Source of the DNA: Cetorhinus maximus
Lineage: Eukaryota
Direction: 5' to 3'
Assembly: GCF_964194155.1 (NCBI RefSeq)
Contig: NC_135902.1
Coordinates: forward strand, 49,538,001 to 49,602,000
Length of the DNA stretch: 64,000 nt
Both the position numbers and the translations under genes were made by a program. This document shows, piece after piece, positions 11,251 to 24,839 of the stretch; the stretch's first letter is position 1, and each line of letters starts with the position of its first letter. Below the pieces are notes generated by a model. The model saw nothing but the letters and a program-made list of their open reading frames with translations. It was not told the DNA's origin and searched no databases.

Positions 11251-14215
11251 TTATTACTGGAGAAAAAGTTCTCACCAAATCAATAGTTCTAAAGACTGAC
11301 AAATCCCCTGGACCAGATGGGCTGCATCTTAGGATCTTAAAAGAAGCGGCTGAAGAGATAGTGTTTGCATTGATTGTAATCTTCCAAAATTCCCTAGATT
11401 CTGAAAAGGCCCCAGCGGATTGGAAAACCACAGATGTAATGCACCTATTCAAGAAAGGAGAGGGATGGTAGAAAACAGGAAGCAATAGGCCATTTAGCCT
11501 AACATCTGTCACTAGGAAAATGCTGGAATCCATTATTAAGGAAGTAGGAGCAGGGCATTTGGAAAAATCATAATACAAACAGAGTCAGCATGGTTTCATG
11601 AAAGGGAAATCATTTTTGATAAATGTATTAGAGTTCTTTGAGGATGTAACAAGCAGCATGGAAAATTGGTACCACTAAATGTGGAGTATTTGAATTTCCA
11701 AAACTTTTATTCTTTCATGGGGTGTGGGTGATGCTGGCTATGCCAACATTTGTTGCCCATCCCTAATGGCCCTTGAGAAGGTGGTGGTGAGCTGCCTTCT
11801 TGAACCACTGCAGTTCATGTGTTGTAGATATATCCATGGTGCTGTTGGGAACAGAGTTACAGGATTTTAACCCAGTGACAGTGAAGGAATGGTGATATAC
11901 AGTTTTTCCAAGTCAGGATAGTGTCTTGGAGGGGAGCTTGCAGGTGGTGGTGGTGCCATGCATCTGCTGCCCTTGTCTTTCTCGGTGTTAGAGATCAAAG
12001 GAGCCTTGATAAGTTGCTGCAGCGCCATTGTGCATCGGTGATGGAGAGAGTAAATGTGGTGAATGGGGTGCCAATCAAACAGGCTGCTTTGTCCTGGAGG
12101 GTGTTAATAAAATGCCATATAAAGGTTATTGCACAAGATAAGAGCTCATGGTGTTGGGGGTAATATATTAGCATGGATAGAGGGTTGGCCAATTAACAGG
12201 AAACAGAGTCGGAATAAATGGATAATTTTCAGGTTAGCAAACTGTTACTAATGAACAGCCACAGGGATCAGGCTGGGGCCTCAACTATTTACAATCTCTA
12301 TTAATGACTTTGTGAATAGTGAATTAATAACTTAGATGAAAGGACCGAGTGTACTGAAGCTGAATTTGTTGTTGATGCAAAGATAGCTGGGAAAATAAGT
12401 TGTGAAGAGGACACCAAGAGTCTCCAAAGGGATATAGATGTGTTAAGTAACTGGGCAAAAAAATTGCCAGTGTAATGTGGCAAAATCTGCAGTTATTCAC
12501 TTTGGACAGAAAGAATAGAAAGGCAAAATGTTGGCAGAGACTACAATGTTACGGTACAGAGAGATCTGGGTGTCCTTGTACACGAAACACAAGAAGGTGG
12601 CATGTAGGTACAGCAAATCATTAGGAAGGCAAATGGAATGATGGTCTTTATTGCAAGGGGGGGCTAGTATAAAAGTAGGAAAACTACAACTGTATAGGGC
12701 GTTGGTGAGACCAGACCTAGAGCATTGCAGACAGTTTTGGTCTCCTTATTTAAAGAGGGTTATACTTGCATTGGAGGCAGTTCAGAGAAGATGGTCTAGA
12801 TGTAGGTTAATTTGCAGGAATGTCGGGTTTGTACATGATGCTGAACTGTTTCCGGCTGGACTTGATGCATTGGGGAATTGGGCCCTTGACTGCCAGATTA
12901 TGTTTAACTTGGAAAAGTGCAGCATTATGCATGTGGGAAGGGTAAATACTAAGCATGCATACAGACTTCAGGGAAAAGCATTAACATAAGTTGAGAAAGA
13001 AAAAGACCTTGTCATTCTAGTGCATAAATCACAATTGACAATAAGACCAAGCATACTAATATGTCCTTATATAAGGCCTTAGTTAAAATATTGTGGCCAG
13101 TTTTGATCTCCTCACATATGGATAATATTGAGTCTTTGGAAAGGGTACAGAGAAGGCCCACAAGATTAATTTCCAGTCTGAAGATCTTAGTCATCAAGAT
13201 AGTTTAAAAGAGCTGGGACCCTACACTTTAGGAAAGGGTAGGCATGGGGTGGTCTGATCAAGGTCTAGAAGATGATGTAGGGAATAGGTTGTCCTTGAGT
13301 AGAAAGTTGGTTGCTATTAAATATGTTACGAAGGACCAAAGATCACAATTTTAAATTGTATAAAGCCAGATCTAAGTTAAATGTCAAGAGGTGGTTCTTT
13401 TCTCAGAGAATGATGGACATCTAGAATTGGCACTGTACCGATGCATGTTCATGCATTGGATGCCAATGACTTAATTAATTAATTCCTTCATGAGAGCTGG
13501 AACTGTTTCCAGATAGGGTGGGAAAAAAAGGTAGACACTTCAGGGAATTCAAGGCCAAAGAGATCTCCTGGACTAGTTTTGATTGCCTAAGATGGTCAGA
13601 GAGGAATTTCCTGGATTACTTTCCACAAAATTTTCTTTTCTCTTTACCTCTCCCAGTATCTCACATGGTTTCAGGTGGTGGGAGTGTATATATTATGATA
13701 CACAAGATATCATAAATATGTTGGCCAGGCCAGATGGACCAGAGGATATTTTTCTATCTGTCATTGCTTGTATGTTCTCTAAACAGCAGGGAGAAAAAAG
13801 TAAATTAATCTGCTCTGGTGGTGTTGATTAAGAGATAACTATTGCCTTGATACCAGGAGAAACTCCTATTTCATGGGGCCTTCTAGATCCACCTGAACAG
13901 GCAGACAAGGGCCTCAGTTTAACATCTTACCTGAAAGATAGCATCTCCATCATTTCCGCATCGATGTGTCAGTATAAATTTTGTGCTCAGATTCTGGGGT
14001 GCAGCTTGAACTTGTGATCTTCTGACTTAAAGGCAAGAATAGTACCACTAAGCTAATATGCGTATGTGACTCATAGTATTACAACAATTAATTTTATTAA
14101 TTAAACACTTTCTTTAGTAACACTAAATATAGTTAGAATATTGATTTTTATAAATTGTGACAGTCTTTAAATGTCTTTGTCTTTTTAGAAAATGGCAAGC
14201 ACTGTGCGTAACAGT

Positions 14216-16046
14216 GGGCAGAATTGCTCCAGTTTTGCACAAAGTGCGGTAATGGGTGGGAAAAGGATGATTTACCCACCGGCCACAATGGCGGGTTTTT
14301 GTGCCGTATTGTCCCATTCCTGGCGTGTCCCACCTCATTAATAATGCATTCATGGGAAACATGCCAGAACGCTGGCAGGGTGGCCTTTGATTCACCTGTC
14401 CCGCCATCACCTCAGGCCTTCAGTCATCCAGGTACCATATTTAAAAGGTGCCTCTGCACAGAGCTAGCACTCTCTAAGGGATCAGAAACTGTTACAAAGT
14501 CATGGCTGCCAAAGGGAGGAAACATGCTGCCCCCAAATTTAGTGATGCCTCCCTCGGGCGTCTACTGGATGCAGTGGAGGTCTATCGTGGTCTTCTACCC
14601 ATGCTCTGGAGAGGGGGGTAGCAAGGTCACCAATCCAGCATGGGAGGCAGTGGTCAACACCAATGTCCTGCAAAAGAGGATGACTCCGCCACTCTCTTCT
14701 TCTTCCTCTCTGGTGTCTGTAAATCATGTGGCATATCGCTAAATCACCAGGCTCCATGATCCTGATGTTCCCCTCCTGCATGATCAAAGAGAGATGCACG
14801 GGTTAGCATAGGTGTACTAAGAACCTCTCTTGGCTAAGTCTGATAGCCCCTTCACGCATGCAGGAGAGTCCTGGCCACCACTTAGTTGGCCAGTGTGTAT
14901 TGCGCTCATTGGCTGTCCGAAACCCCGCCCACCTCCACCCCACTCCACTTGACCAATTGGCAGCAGCTTCGGCCACTGGACTGCATGCTGTGCTCTCAGC
15001 TCAGGTGCAGGCATTCTCCTAACCCGCACTGCAAGGCTGTGCTGCTAGTTTGAACCACAATGAATACTGTCCAAACCTTAATACAGACATTGCAAGGGGC
15101 TGTGAGTGCCTTCACCAGTGACTGCACCATAGCCACCTTTTGCAAGGGGATTGTACAACTTGACCTGTTGGCCAATTGCTCTGCTGCCGCCTAAAACACA
15201 CATTACTTTGCAGTCTGCATCCGAGGGGTGAAAGGTTCTGGAGCATTTGATGGCACTTTCATGCTTTTGTGTTGCTTGAATGGGCAGAAAAGCTTCAGAG
15301 ACCCGATTCCAAGCCTGTCAATGGAGCTGCAACTGAACGGTCTCAGCTGGGAAGAATGTTCACTTTTGACAAGCTTTTCCAACTTCATGGCCCCAACCCC
15401 ATGGCATGTGCTTGAGTATTTCCTTCAGTCTGTGCTGCTTTGCCCACCACCATCCCCAGCATGTGCTTGAGTATTTCCTTCAGTCTGTGATGCCTTGCCC
15501 ACCACCACCCCCAGCATGTGCTTGAGTATTTCCTTCAGTCTGTGCTGCTTTGCCCCCACCCACACCCCTGGCCTGACCCGCACTGGAGCCCTTGTCCTGG
15601 CACCGCATTGAAAGCCAGCTGGGAAAAAGTGACTTGCCTGTGCTCCCCGCGAATGTGTGGCATCTTTCTTGATGTCCTATGGGTAATGCTCGGGAGCGCT
15701 GTGCAAGGTTGTGTGCCTTCACCTCTGAGTTCCCCTCGAAGTTCAGGTCGGCAGGTGCACGCCTTTTAGAGACAAATTGTGAAGTATGTCATTCTGAAGT
15801 CATGCCGACATGGGTGGTAAATTTGATTCCAGCAAGCAGGGCTTATAATTATATGCAAATGTATTAAAATGACGTTCCCGACATGCAGCAGCAGGAAATG
15901 CGGCCTGCCATTGACAGGTGGAGCATATGATCACAAATTGGTTTCATGACGGTTTAAAACCAATTTTTGGTCTTCTCGCCATATTGTTTCCTCCCAACAG
16001 GCTCGCCATGACGCCCCGACTCCAACAGGGCCAGAAAATTCCAGTC
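14216..16046. mobile_element. PIF/Harbinger-type DNA transposon, internally deleted
   Basis: ATG at 14502 gives MAAKGRKHAAPKFSDASLGRLLDAVE, then after a frameshift ...FYP...PAWEAV...KR, a Myb/SANT-like Harbinger accessory protein pattern. Degenerate ends gggcagaatt.../...aaaattccagtc; CpG-richer than the flanks. Confidence 0.65.
15404..15568. repeat. Tandem repeat, 3 x 55 bp
   Basis: Unit gcatgtgcttgagtatttccttcagtctgtgctgctttgcccaccaccatcccca starts at 15404, 15459 and 15514. Confidence 0.92.
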
Positions 16047-19000
16047 AACATATTTCATTCACGGCAATCAGTACTATATTATATAAAATATATACTACAA
16101 ATAAATAATAATTTCCATATGTTGAGATCCGCAGCCACTAGAGAATGAGGGTGAGAGCGGCAGTACAATCGTTTCATATTGGAACAATTCTCTTCTTCCC
16201 TTTGGGAAATGGGTGGAATATCTAAACCAATAAAAATGTGTTATCCACAGAAAATGATGTAATGATTGATACAATTAGTTTTGTTAACATTTTAAACTAT
16301 GTATGACAGCAGAAAGCCTTTAAATTGCAAAAGAAGATTAAGCACATTTTTCCAGTAAGGCGTCACCATGAGTAATCAAAAAACTGAGACAGATTTCTTT
16401 CCCTTTTCCCTGATGGTGATATGTAACGGCCACAAATCTGGTTTAAATCCAAAAAATAAAATAGACTAGGATTAACATCTTTTTCTGAAATGCTTGTTTT
16501 AATGTCGCTCTATTTATTTCAATTTTTTTATTTGTCCTCAGGACATAGGATCCTTGTCTTTGTAAACAGAAGCATGGCATACAAGAACAAGGAAGTTATG
16601 CTAAATTCAATGTTGTATAATTTTTTTTAATGACAAGTGAATCATAACATATGTCTATTTAAAAGACAAGAATGTTGTTCAAAGCAATAAAACTTGTTTA
16701 CTAAAATTATAACTTAAAGGGGAATTATCAGCATTTTAAGGAAGGAAATTTGAATCACTTCTTGCTAAGATATTGCAGGAAGAGCTGAGGGTTATTTTCT
16801 AATTATGACATACAGACAGGTATCTGTCCTCATAAGCAGGTGACATCATCTTATCACCTAACTCATGGAGGAAAGTTCAAAAGATAGTTGAGCAACTTTC
16901 CAGAGTCTCTTATGTATACTAACTTTCAGTGGCAATTTCAGGCACTAATTGCCCATGCAGATTGAGGAACACCACTGATTATTATACATTTTTTAAAAGC
17001 CACATGCTCTAACCAACTTGTATCTTCTGTTGTAGCTGTTTCAAGCAGAAACCTTTAAAGCAGTTTGCACAATGTACTCAGCACACAAACAATATTGCTG
17101 GAACAAATATTGTTGCCAATTAAGTCTTTTGAACAGTGAACATAAAAAAGTACTAATGAGAAAAGTTATTCAACACTTCAGATTTTTGTAACACCGTTAT
17201 AAGGGCAGTTTTGACCCACAGTGCACTGATAGTGTAGTTTGGATTGTTGATTGTCCTTGCAGATTTTCATGGACCAAGTGGCAAATTCCAGCCTCAGCCT
17301 CCTTGCTGATCTCTGGCTTAAATGTGTGCTGCTCCTCCATCATGCTAGGATCCAAACTGTGAGCAAGTTTGTTTTGTGAATCATTGCCTTCTAAACCCTC
17401 TGTCTTGCTGACCACCCTGCTGCACTAAAAGATATCTGATGATGACTACGGCAGAAAACTCGTCTGTGCTTGTCAGTACTAGGTGACTTTACTTTGAAAT
17501 CTGGCTCTTTGTTCAACTGAACATCGCTTGTGACAGTGCTGCACAAATTTCTCATAGGCCTTTAAAAGGGCCTTAAGAAGCAAAAAACATTCTGTTTTAA
17601 CTTATTGCTCATTTTCTTTTCGAATAGGAAAAATCCTTAGAGCAATGCTCAGAGTAAACGAATAGTCCATTGGCGCCTCCTACTGGTGCATTTACACAGC
17701 CTATTATTCGCTAAAATTAGAAGGCAGAACATTATTCCCTTTTAAAAATATATATTTTGCTCCTTTTGTTAGGGTTCTCCTCTACACTGTGACGAAGAGG
17801 GCATCTTGCTTCCAAGTTAACAAACAAAGACAACTCACCATATGGGAAATCACTAAAACAAATCTTTGACCTAATATCCTCATGATGTTAAGAAAATATA
17901 ACCAAACTATCTTGAACACTTTTAAAACTTGTTTACAAGTGACAAGTCTCACAAACAATGTGCTTGTCGCCATTTACCAAATTCCCTCGCTCAGTGTCTT
18001 TCTGATCTCTCAATCTGTTCTGGTCCTCTCCCACAATAATTGCCATGCCTCACTGCATGTCTCTCTTCTCTCAATCAGTCCATTCTAACTCCCACTCTGG
18101 GACCGAGACTTTGAGTCTCTCACAAAATTGTCTGTGCCAGTTTCATTAATAGCTCATTATTCTCATTCCTTCGTTTCTATTTGTTTTTATGAATTTTCAA
18201 TACTGTTTTCCACTCTGATTCCCTGTTACTGTGAGTCAAACATCTATGACCTTTCAGTAATACTGCCTTTCTACAATACAGGCATTCAGCAATCTTTTGA
18301 GCATATTCTGGTAACTAGATTTAGTACCAGTTAATTTTACTGTTTAACAGTTAATTTTTTGTCTAATTTGTACTCTGTACTTCAGTCCATGTTGACATTA
18401 GTCTCTGTGTGCTGCTGTCTGTCTCTGCGATTTGGATACTAAGAAAATTGTTTATTCTAAAAAAATATGAATCTCTTTGCACATTCATATGGTCTATAAT
18501 CATCCCAGATATTAACATGGCACCCTTAGCAACCTTGTCCATTTTAGTTTTTGTTTACAGGGAGAGCATCAAATTATTGCCCCTGTTCACCATTTCCCTA
18601 TTCTTGAATATACTTGTGCCATGCAACATCCTTAACTCAGTGACCCGGGATTAGTCTTCCCTCAATCCTGCTCTAAAAATGATCACTAGATGACTTTGTG
18701 GAAACCTGGTACCTCCCACAGTGGAATGATTGAACTCTGTGATTCACCATGTGGGGAAGTAATTGGCAAGAAACCATACAGTATTAATCTGTGTTCCAGC
18801 ACATTAAGGAATGGCTGTGTTTTGCATCACATTGCAGAGGCCAGTATTTTTTTAAGTGGGTTGCAAATGATCAATATGCCTCCTCTTTTAATCAGTGCCT
18901 TTTGGGTGGCAAGTTTCTGCAAATTGTTCAATATTACCAAATCTTTCAGCATTGCCAAAGACAAATAAGTCTCTACATTACTAATGCACCAGAATACTTT

Positions 19001-22000
19001 ACTACTCCCTTTACATAAAGAAAATTGCACGTCAGATGGAACGTAAATAGACTAAGGGTTGGATGAAGTATTTCATTCTGTAATTTGACTATATATGCTC
19101 CACTATATCGTTCTCAAATCATTCAAACAAATCCAGCCATTGGTCCAAAATGTTAGCACTCCCTACCTGAGCACATTGGATCACAGTGCTTGCCATTGTG
19201 ACAGTAAAGGGTGCAATTTAAATCCTCCGCCTGCCACCATGCTGCTAAACTTAGAAATGCTTCAGTGAGGAGAGGTAAGTGATGGTCAGTCACCAAGAGC
19301 AGCATAGAGGTAAATGGATGCAATCCTACAGAGGAGAAAATTGAGGGCACAATTTAACCTCACTGAAAAAATACTTGTTTATATGTATGGAGAGTGAGGT
19401 GCCTATTAAGCCCATTGAAGTCAAATGCTTTCTTGTTTGGAAACAGTGGGGATTTTTATTTCCAAACAGTGAAAATAATGCTAATGAAAATTTCACAGAA
19501 TCTGATATTCTACAATTCCATTTAAACATTTAAAGTGTAAATATAATTCCTCTTTCTCCATTTCTTCTCATTTTTTGCCTTCAATTGCCTACCTTCCCTT
19601 CTCATATGGTTATGACAAAATACTTTGAAAATAAAACAAGGGCTGTGGCCTTTGAAGCTTAAGGTGAATTTGATATGAGTGAAAGCTTTTTTCCACTGGT
19701 CAATTGATAACAAGGGCGTAACCTCAAGATTAGTTTGAAATGTATAAAGGGAAAGAAGTTTTTTGTATGAAAAGCTATTCGGAAATGGAATGCCTTAAAA
19801 GAAGTGGGCATTGAAAATGAATCAACCACGACATTTAAGAGAATTAGATAAGCGCTTGTAAAAGAAAAATATTAAAGTGGTGTATAAGGGCACTAGGACT
19901 TACTTTAGTTTCCTTGGCCTGAGAGGAGTTGTGGGTGTATAGGTATAGGTTTGAAATTTGGCTTTTTTGCCTCCCATAACTGAAAAAGCCTGTTGACTGA
20001 CTATTAGGTACAAGAGTGAAGAATGGGCACTTGGTCAAGGTACTAAAGATTTACTGGCATTGTTGAATTGTACATATCAGTTGGCACCTTCAAATAAGAA
20101 GAAAAAATTTATATCTTTTGTTAATAGCATTAATTGTTGCCACTTATGATGTCACGATTAATAAAGACAGTAAGTGACTGAGTCATACAAAGATAAAGCT
20201 CCCAGCTTCAATCCAAGGTCCGAGCTGAGTCATCTCAAGCAATAGTAGGGGTACAACAAGTGACTGCAGCACCCCTAGGCTTTCATAGAAAGTTAACAGT
20301 GCAGAAGGCCATTCGGCCTGTCATGTCCATGCTGGCTCTCTAACAGCTTCTCAGCTGATCCACTCCCCTGCTTTTTCTTCCTGCAAATTTTTTCTCTTCA
20401 GATAATTAACCAATTCCTTTTTGAAAGCCATGATCAAATCTAATGGCGCCTCACTCTCAGGCAGTGCATTCCAGATCCTGGAGAAAATCCTGGATTCTGG
20501 CTCCTGATCACTCCTGTCAGAAAGTACTCACATATGGGCATCCAACAAAGATAGTGTTGGTTTTGACTCTTCTGCCCCATGTCCAAACAGTCTGCCATTA
20601 CTCGTTTCTAACATAACTCAAAACAATGGTCATTTGGACAGGTATCAGAAGCATCATAGCCCAGCAGAACACAATCCTACAGGAGAGGAAAAAAATTAGA
20701 AGTGAAAAAAATCCTATGCCTATTTAATAATTCAATTTGTAATTGCTACATCTTCAGATGAAAGCTATGAGACATTTTTGAAACATCTGTTTTTAAATGC
20801 CTGTGGTTTATTTTCTATAGTACTTTTGAAGCTACATGTCTGCCCTCTGCTGGCCTTCAGAAATAGCATTTGGAGAACCCCCATTGCCCTCTATTGGGCT
20901 GCATGGAACGAATTAATTAATTAACTTGAATAATATACATTTAGACTCCTCAGATTTGGTTAAGACAAAAAAAATTACAAATTTTGATTGAGTCCATTAA
21001 AAAGTTAAGGTAGCAGATCTTAAATGACCCCTATTTGGCTGTACATTCCAAAAGCATCATAGGTTTGATCCCTAACCAAAGCTTGCAATTCTGACAAATT
21101 TAATAACCCCCGAATCCTGACGCTTGCAATGGCATTAACAGAAAAAAGTTACCAAAACAATAAGTTTTCTTGTAAGCAGTGGCATCTGTGAGATTCTCAC
21201 GTGACAATAACGTCATGTGCGGATTGTGTGTGGAAATTTGAACAGGGAGAAATAAAAGTCCAGACTCTTTGCAGCAATTAACCCAGATTCAGAAGACTGT
21301 TGGATTTGTAAAGTGAAGTGGTAGAGCCAGAGGTAGTAATTGTTCCAATAATTATACATAATCAGATTTACGATGGTTGCATTCACTTCACTTGAAGAAT
21401 GAGACATTCTTTAAGGGAGAAGAATGGGCAGCAAGCTGGGGCAAGCTGTGCAAAGCGAGTGTGCAAACAACTATTGGACGACTTGCTGTCCTATTAAAGA
21501 TTTGGGCACGCATATTAAAACATAGTACAGCATTGACCTAAAGGAAAGAGCAAGCATATGACCACCTGCTGCACTAAACCAACTATAACTGAAGGCATTA
21601 TCCTCTGATGGGTGAAACCAAGGTACCTTTCTTTCTTTGGTTTGAGTAAAATATTCTCAGACAACACTTACCATTCAAGATATTAATTCTTCACCTGGGT
21701 TTTAAGAGGCCTTGCAAGCATAATAACTTTATTAGTCACAAAACAGGTGATCTCTGAACATATGATTTTTCCAATGCTCTCTAGACTTTAATCTTCTACA
21801 AACTTCAACTCATTCAAAACAAGACGGTATCCTAACCCACACCAAGTCCCACCTATATATCACTGTCAGTCATTTCATACCTATATTAGCTTACAGCCCT
21901 TCCAATTTGAAATCCAGAATTTTGCTTTTAAATCCCTTTGTGGCCTCACTGCTCCATATCTTTGTGACCTCTTCTGACCATAATGAGAAGATGCAAAAGT

Positions 22001-22651
22001 TTTTTTAATTGTAATGTGGCAGGAGTGAATGATGAGAGCATTGTAGAGTGTATCTGTGATTATTGCCAAGGATTGATTTGAAACAGCTTAGAAGAATCTT
22101 CTTCGCAAAAGCTTCAAGATGTGAGCAGAGAGTTGCGTTTTTTAAAAAAGTTTGTGTGACAGAGCTAGCAATGAGATCCAATAACCTATTAACAAAAGGT
22201 GGAATCAAACAACAGTAAGTGCAGATTTCTATCCATTTTAAGAAGTTTGAAGAGCACTGATGGATTTCATACCCATTCATGGATGATGCCATTCAACTGT
22301 TCTTGAAGTTCACCTTCTGCATTATATCCTCGGATCTTTTCACCAAATCTGTCAGGTACTTTATTTACCTTTCAAGGAAAACTTTTCAAGTTCCAATGTG
22401 TGTAATGGCCCTTAATGGAATTTTTTTCATGAGAAGAGTAATTTTTAACATCTGTTGGCTGAGGAGTTTTTACCACAAAATCTTGACTATGTTTTGGTTC
22501 ATTATACTGCTGACTGAATAGGACAATAGTGATGGGAGAAGAAAAAATAAATAAGTCAATAAGGGAAAGAACTTCTCCTATCCAATATTGCAATTAGGTG
22601 AAACTTAAATAAAATAGATAATATCCTACATAACGCCCCTGACAGATGGCT

Positions 22652-23300
22652 TATTTATTATTTCATGGGATGTGGGTGTTGCTGGCTAAGCCAGCATTCT
22701 TTATTGCTCATCGCTTAATGCCCTTGAGAAGGCGGTGGTGAGCCACCTTCTTGGACTGCTGCAGTCCATGTGGTCTAGGTACACCCACAGTGCTGTTTGG
22801 GAGTTCCAGGATTTTGACTCAGCAGCAGTGAAGGAATGGCAATATAGTTCCAAGTCAGGATGGTGTATGACTTGTAGGGGAATTTGCAATTGATGTTGTT
22901 CCCTTGCATCTGCTGTCCTTGTCCTTCGAGGTGATAGAGATCATGGGTTTGGAAGGTGCTGTCAAAGGAACCTTGGTGAGTTGTTGCAATGCACCTTGTA
23001 GATAATACACACTGTTACCATTATGCTTCGGTGGTGCAGGGAGTGGATATTGGAGGTGGTGGATGGTGTACCAATCAAGCAGGCTGCTTTGCCCTGTATA
23101 GTGTCAAGCTTCTTGAGTGTTGATGGAGCAGCATATCCAGACATGTGGAGAGAATTCCATCAACTCCTGACTTGCGCCTTGTAGGTGGTAGACAGGCTCT
23201 GGGAAGTCAGGAGGTTAGTTACTCACCATCGAATTGCCAGCATCTAATCTGCTCTTGTAGCCACAGTATTTATATGGTTGCACCAGTTCAGTTTATCCGC
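22652..23300 (-). mobile_element. CR1/L2-clade LINE 3' fragment
   Basis: KKLDTIQGKAACLIGTPSTT..IHSLHHR; its 3' end is shared with ~11705, ~40185 and ~61230. Confidence 0.85.
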
Positions 23301-23576
23301 TACTCAGATTCTACATCCTGATCTCCTTAACCAAGATCATCTCTAACTATTGCACCAATGCCATCCTTGATCAACAGTGCTATCCCTTCACCTAGCTTCT
23401 TAAATATCATATACCCCTCAATAGTCAGGACCCAATCCTGCAGCCGTGTCTCTGTGATGGCTATCAGATTATATTTACTTCAATGTGTGCTATCAATTTA
23501 TTGACTTTATGAATGTTAGTTTTGTCTTTGTTATCTTTGTAACATCTAGTCTTGACTAGAGGTATATTCTTAGATA

Positions 23577-24838
23577 AAAACAAAAAACTACTGCGGATGC
23601 TGGAAATCCAAAACAAAAACAGAATTACCTGGAAAAACTCAGCAGGTCTGGCAGCATCGGCAGAGAAGAAAAGAGTTGACGTTTCGAGTCCTCATGACCC
23701 TTCAGCAGAACTGAGTAAAGTTAGGAGAGGGGTGAAATATAAGCTGGTTTAAGGTGGGGGGGTGGGGTGGGGGGAGAGAAGTTGGGGGCGGGGGGGGCGG
23801 TGGTAGTAGGGACAAGCAAGCAGTGATAGGAGCAGATAATCAAAAGATGTCACAGATAAAGTAACAAAGAGGTGTTGAAGGTGGTGATATTATCTAAGAA
23901 AATGTGCTAATTAAGAATGGATGGCAGGACACTCAAGGTACAGCTCTAGTGGGGGTGGGGTGGAAAGACTGACAGGGCATTACAGGTATAGATTTAAAAA
24001 TAATGGAAATGGGTGGGAAAAGAAAAATCTATATGAATTATTGGAAAAAACAAAAGGGAGGGGGAAGAAACGGAAAGGGGGTGGGGATGGAGGAGGGAGT
24101 TCAAGATCTAAAGTTGTTGAATTCAATATTCAGTCCGGAAGGCTGTAAAGTGCCTAGTCGGAAGATGAGGTGCTGTTCCTCCAGTTTGCGTTGGGCTTCA
24201 CTGGAACAATGCAGCAAACCAAGGACAGACATGTGGGCAAGAGAGCAGGGTGGAGTGTTAAAATGGCAAGCGACGGAGGTTTGGGTCTTTCTTGCTGACA
24301 GACCGCAGGTGTTCTGCAAAGCGGTCGCCCAGTTTATGTTTGGTCTCTTCAATGTAGAGGAGACCACATTGGGAGCAACGATTGCAGTAGACTAAGTTAG
24401 GGGAAATGCAAGTGAAATGCTGCTTCACTTGAAAGGAGTGTTTGGGCCCTTGGACGGTGAGGAGAGAGGAAGTGAAGGGGCAGGTGTTGCATCTTCTGTG
24501 TGGGCATGGGGAGGTGCCATAGGTGGGGGTTGAGGAGTAGGGGGGTGATGGAGGAGTGGACCAGGGTGTTCCGGAGGGAACGATCCCTACGGAATGCCGC
24601 CGGGGGGGTGAAGGGAAGATATGTTTGGTGGTGGCATCATGCTGGAGTTGGCGGAAATGGCGGAGGATGATCCTTTGAATGCGGAGGCTGGTGGGGTGAT
24701 AAGTGAGGACAAGGGGGACCCTATCATGTTTCAGGGAGGGAGGAGAAGGCAGATGCGCAGGAGATGGGTCTGACACGGTTGAGGGCCCTGTCAACGACCG
24801 TGGGTGGAAATCCTCGGTTAAGGAAGGAGGACAGGTCA
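23577..24838 (-). mobile_element. Penelope-like retroelement, 5'-truncated (GIY-YIG endonuclease region plus 3' pLTR)
   Basis: RVPLVLTYHP...C-x4-C-x2-C...NLVYCNRCSQCGLLYIEETKHKLGDRFAEH...VACHFN...LEEQHLIFRLGTLQPSGLNIEF is the PLE GIY-YIG domain, frameshifted and with YIG>YIE. It is inserted within an older CR1. Confidence 0.9.
23674..23712 (-). ncRNA. Minimal hammerhead-ribozyme motif in the Penelope pLTR (A6C core variant)
   Basis: Minus strand AGTT-CTGCTGA-A-GGGTC-ATGAG-GACTC-GAAA-CG-TC-AACT: helix I AGTT/AACT, helix II GGGTC/GACTC, palindromic ACGT helix III, GUC triplet. Confidence 0.7.
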
Positions 24839-24839
24839 G

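Larger units (their letters stand above)
10520..13770 (+). mobile_element. Nested CR1 LINE ORF2/3' fragments, interrupted by the palindromic element and by an antisense LINE at ~11705-12100
   Basis: KSPGPDGLHLRILKE...IFQNSLD...PADWK; LYRALVRPDLEHC.QFWSPYLK...LEAVQRR; FNLEKCSIMHVG. Confidence 0.88.

Noticed and set aside
15404-15568. Regularly spaced repeats resembling a CRISPR array
   Set aside because: The 55-bp units are contiguous with no unique spacers, there are no cas genes, and the context is a vertebrate transposon.
24258-24794. GIY-YIG ORF as a domesticated nuclease gene
   Set aside because: Frameshifted, YIG>YIE and 5'-truncated: an ordinary dead Penelope copy.
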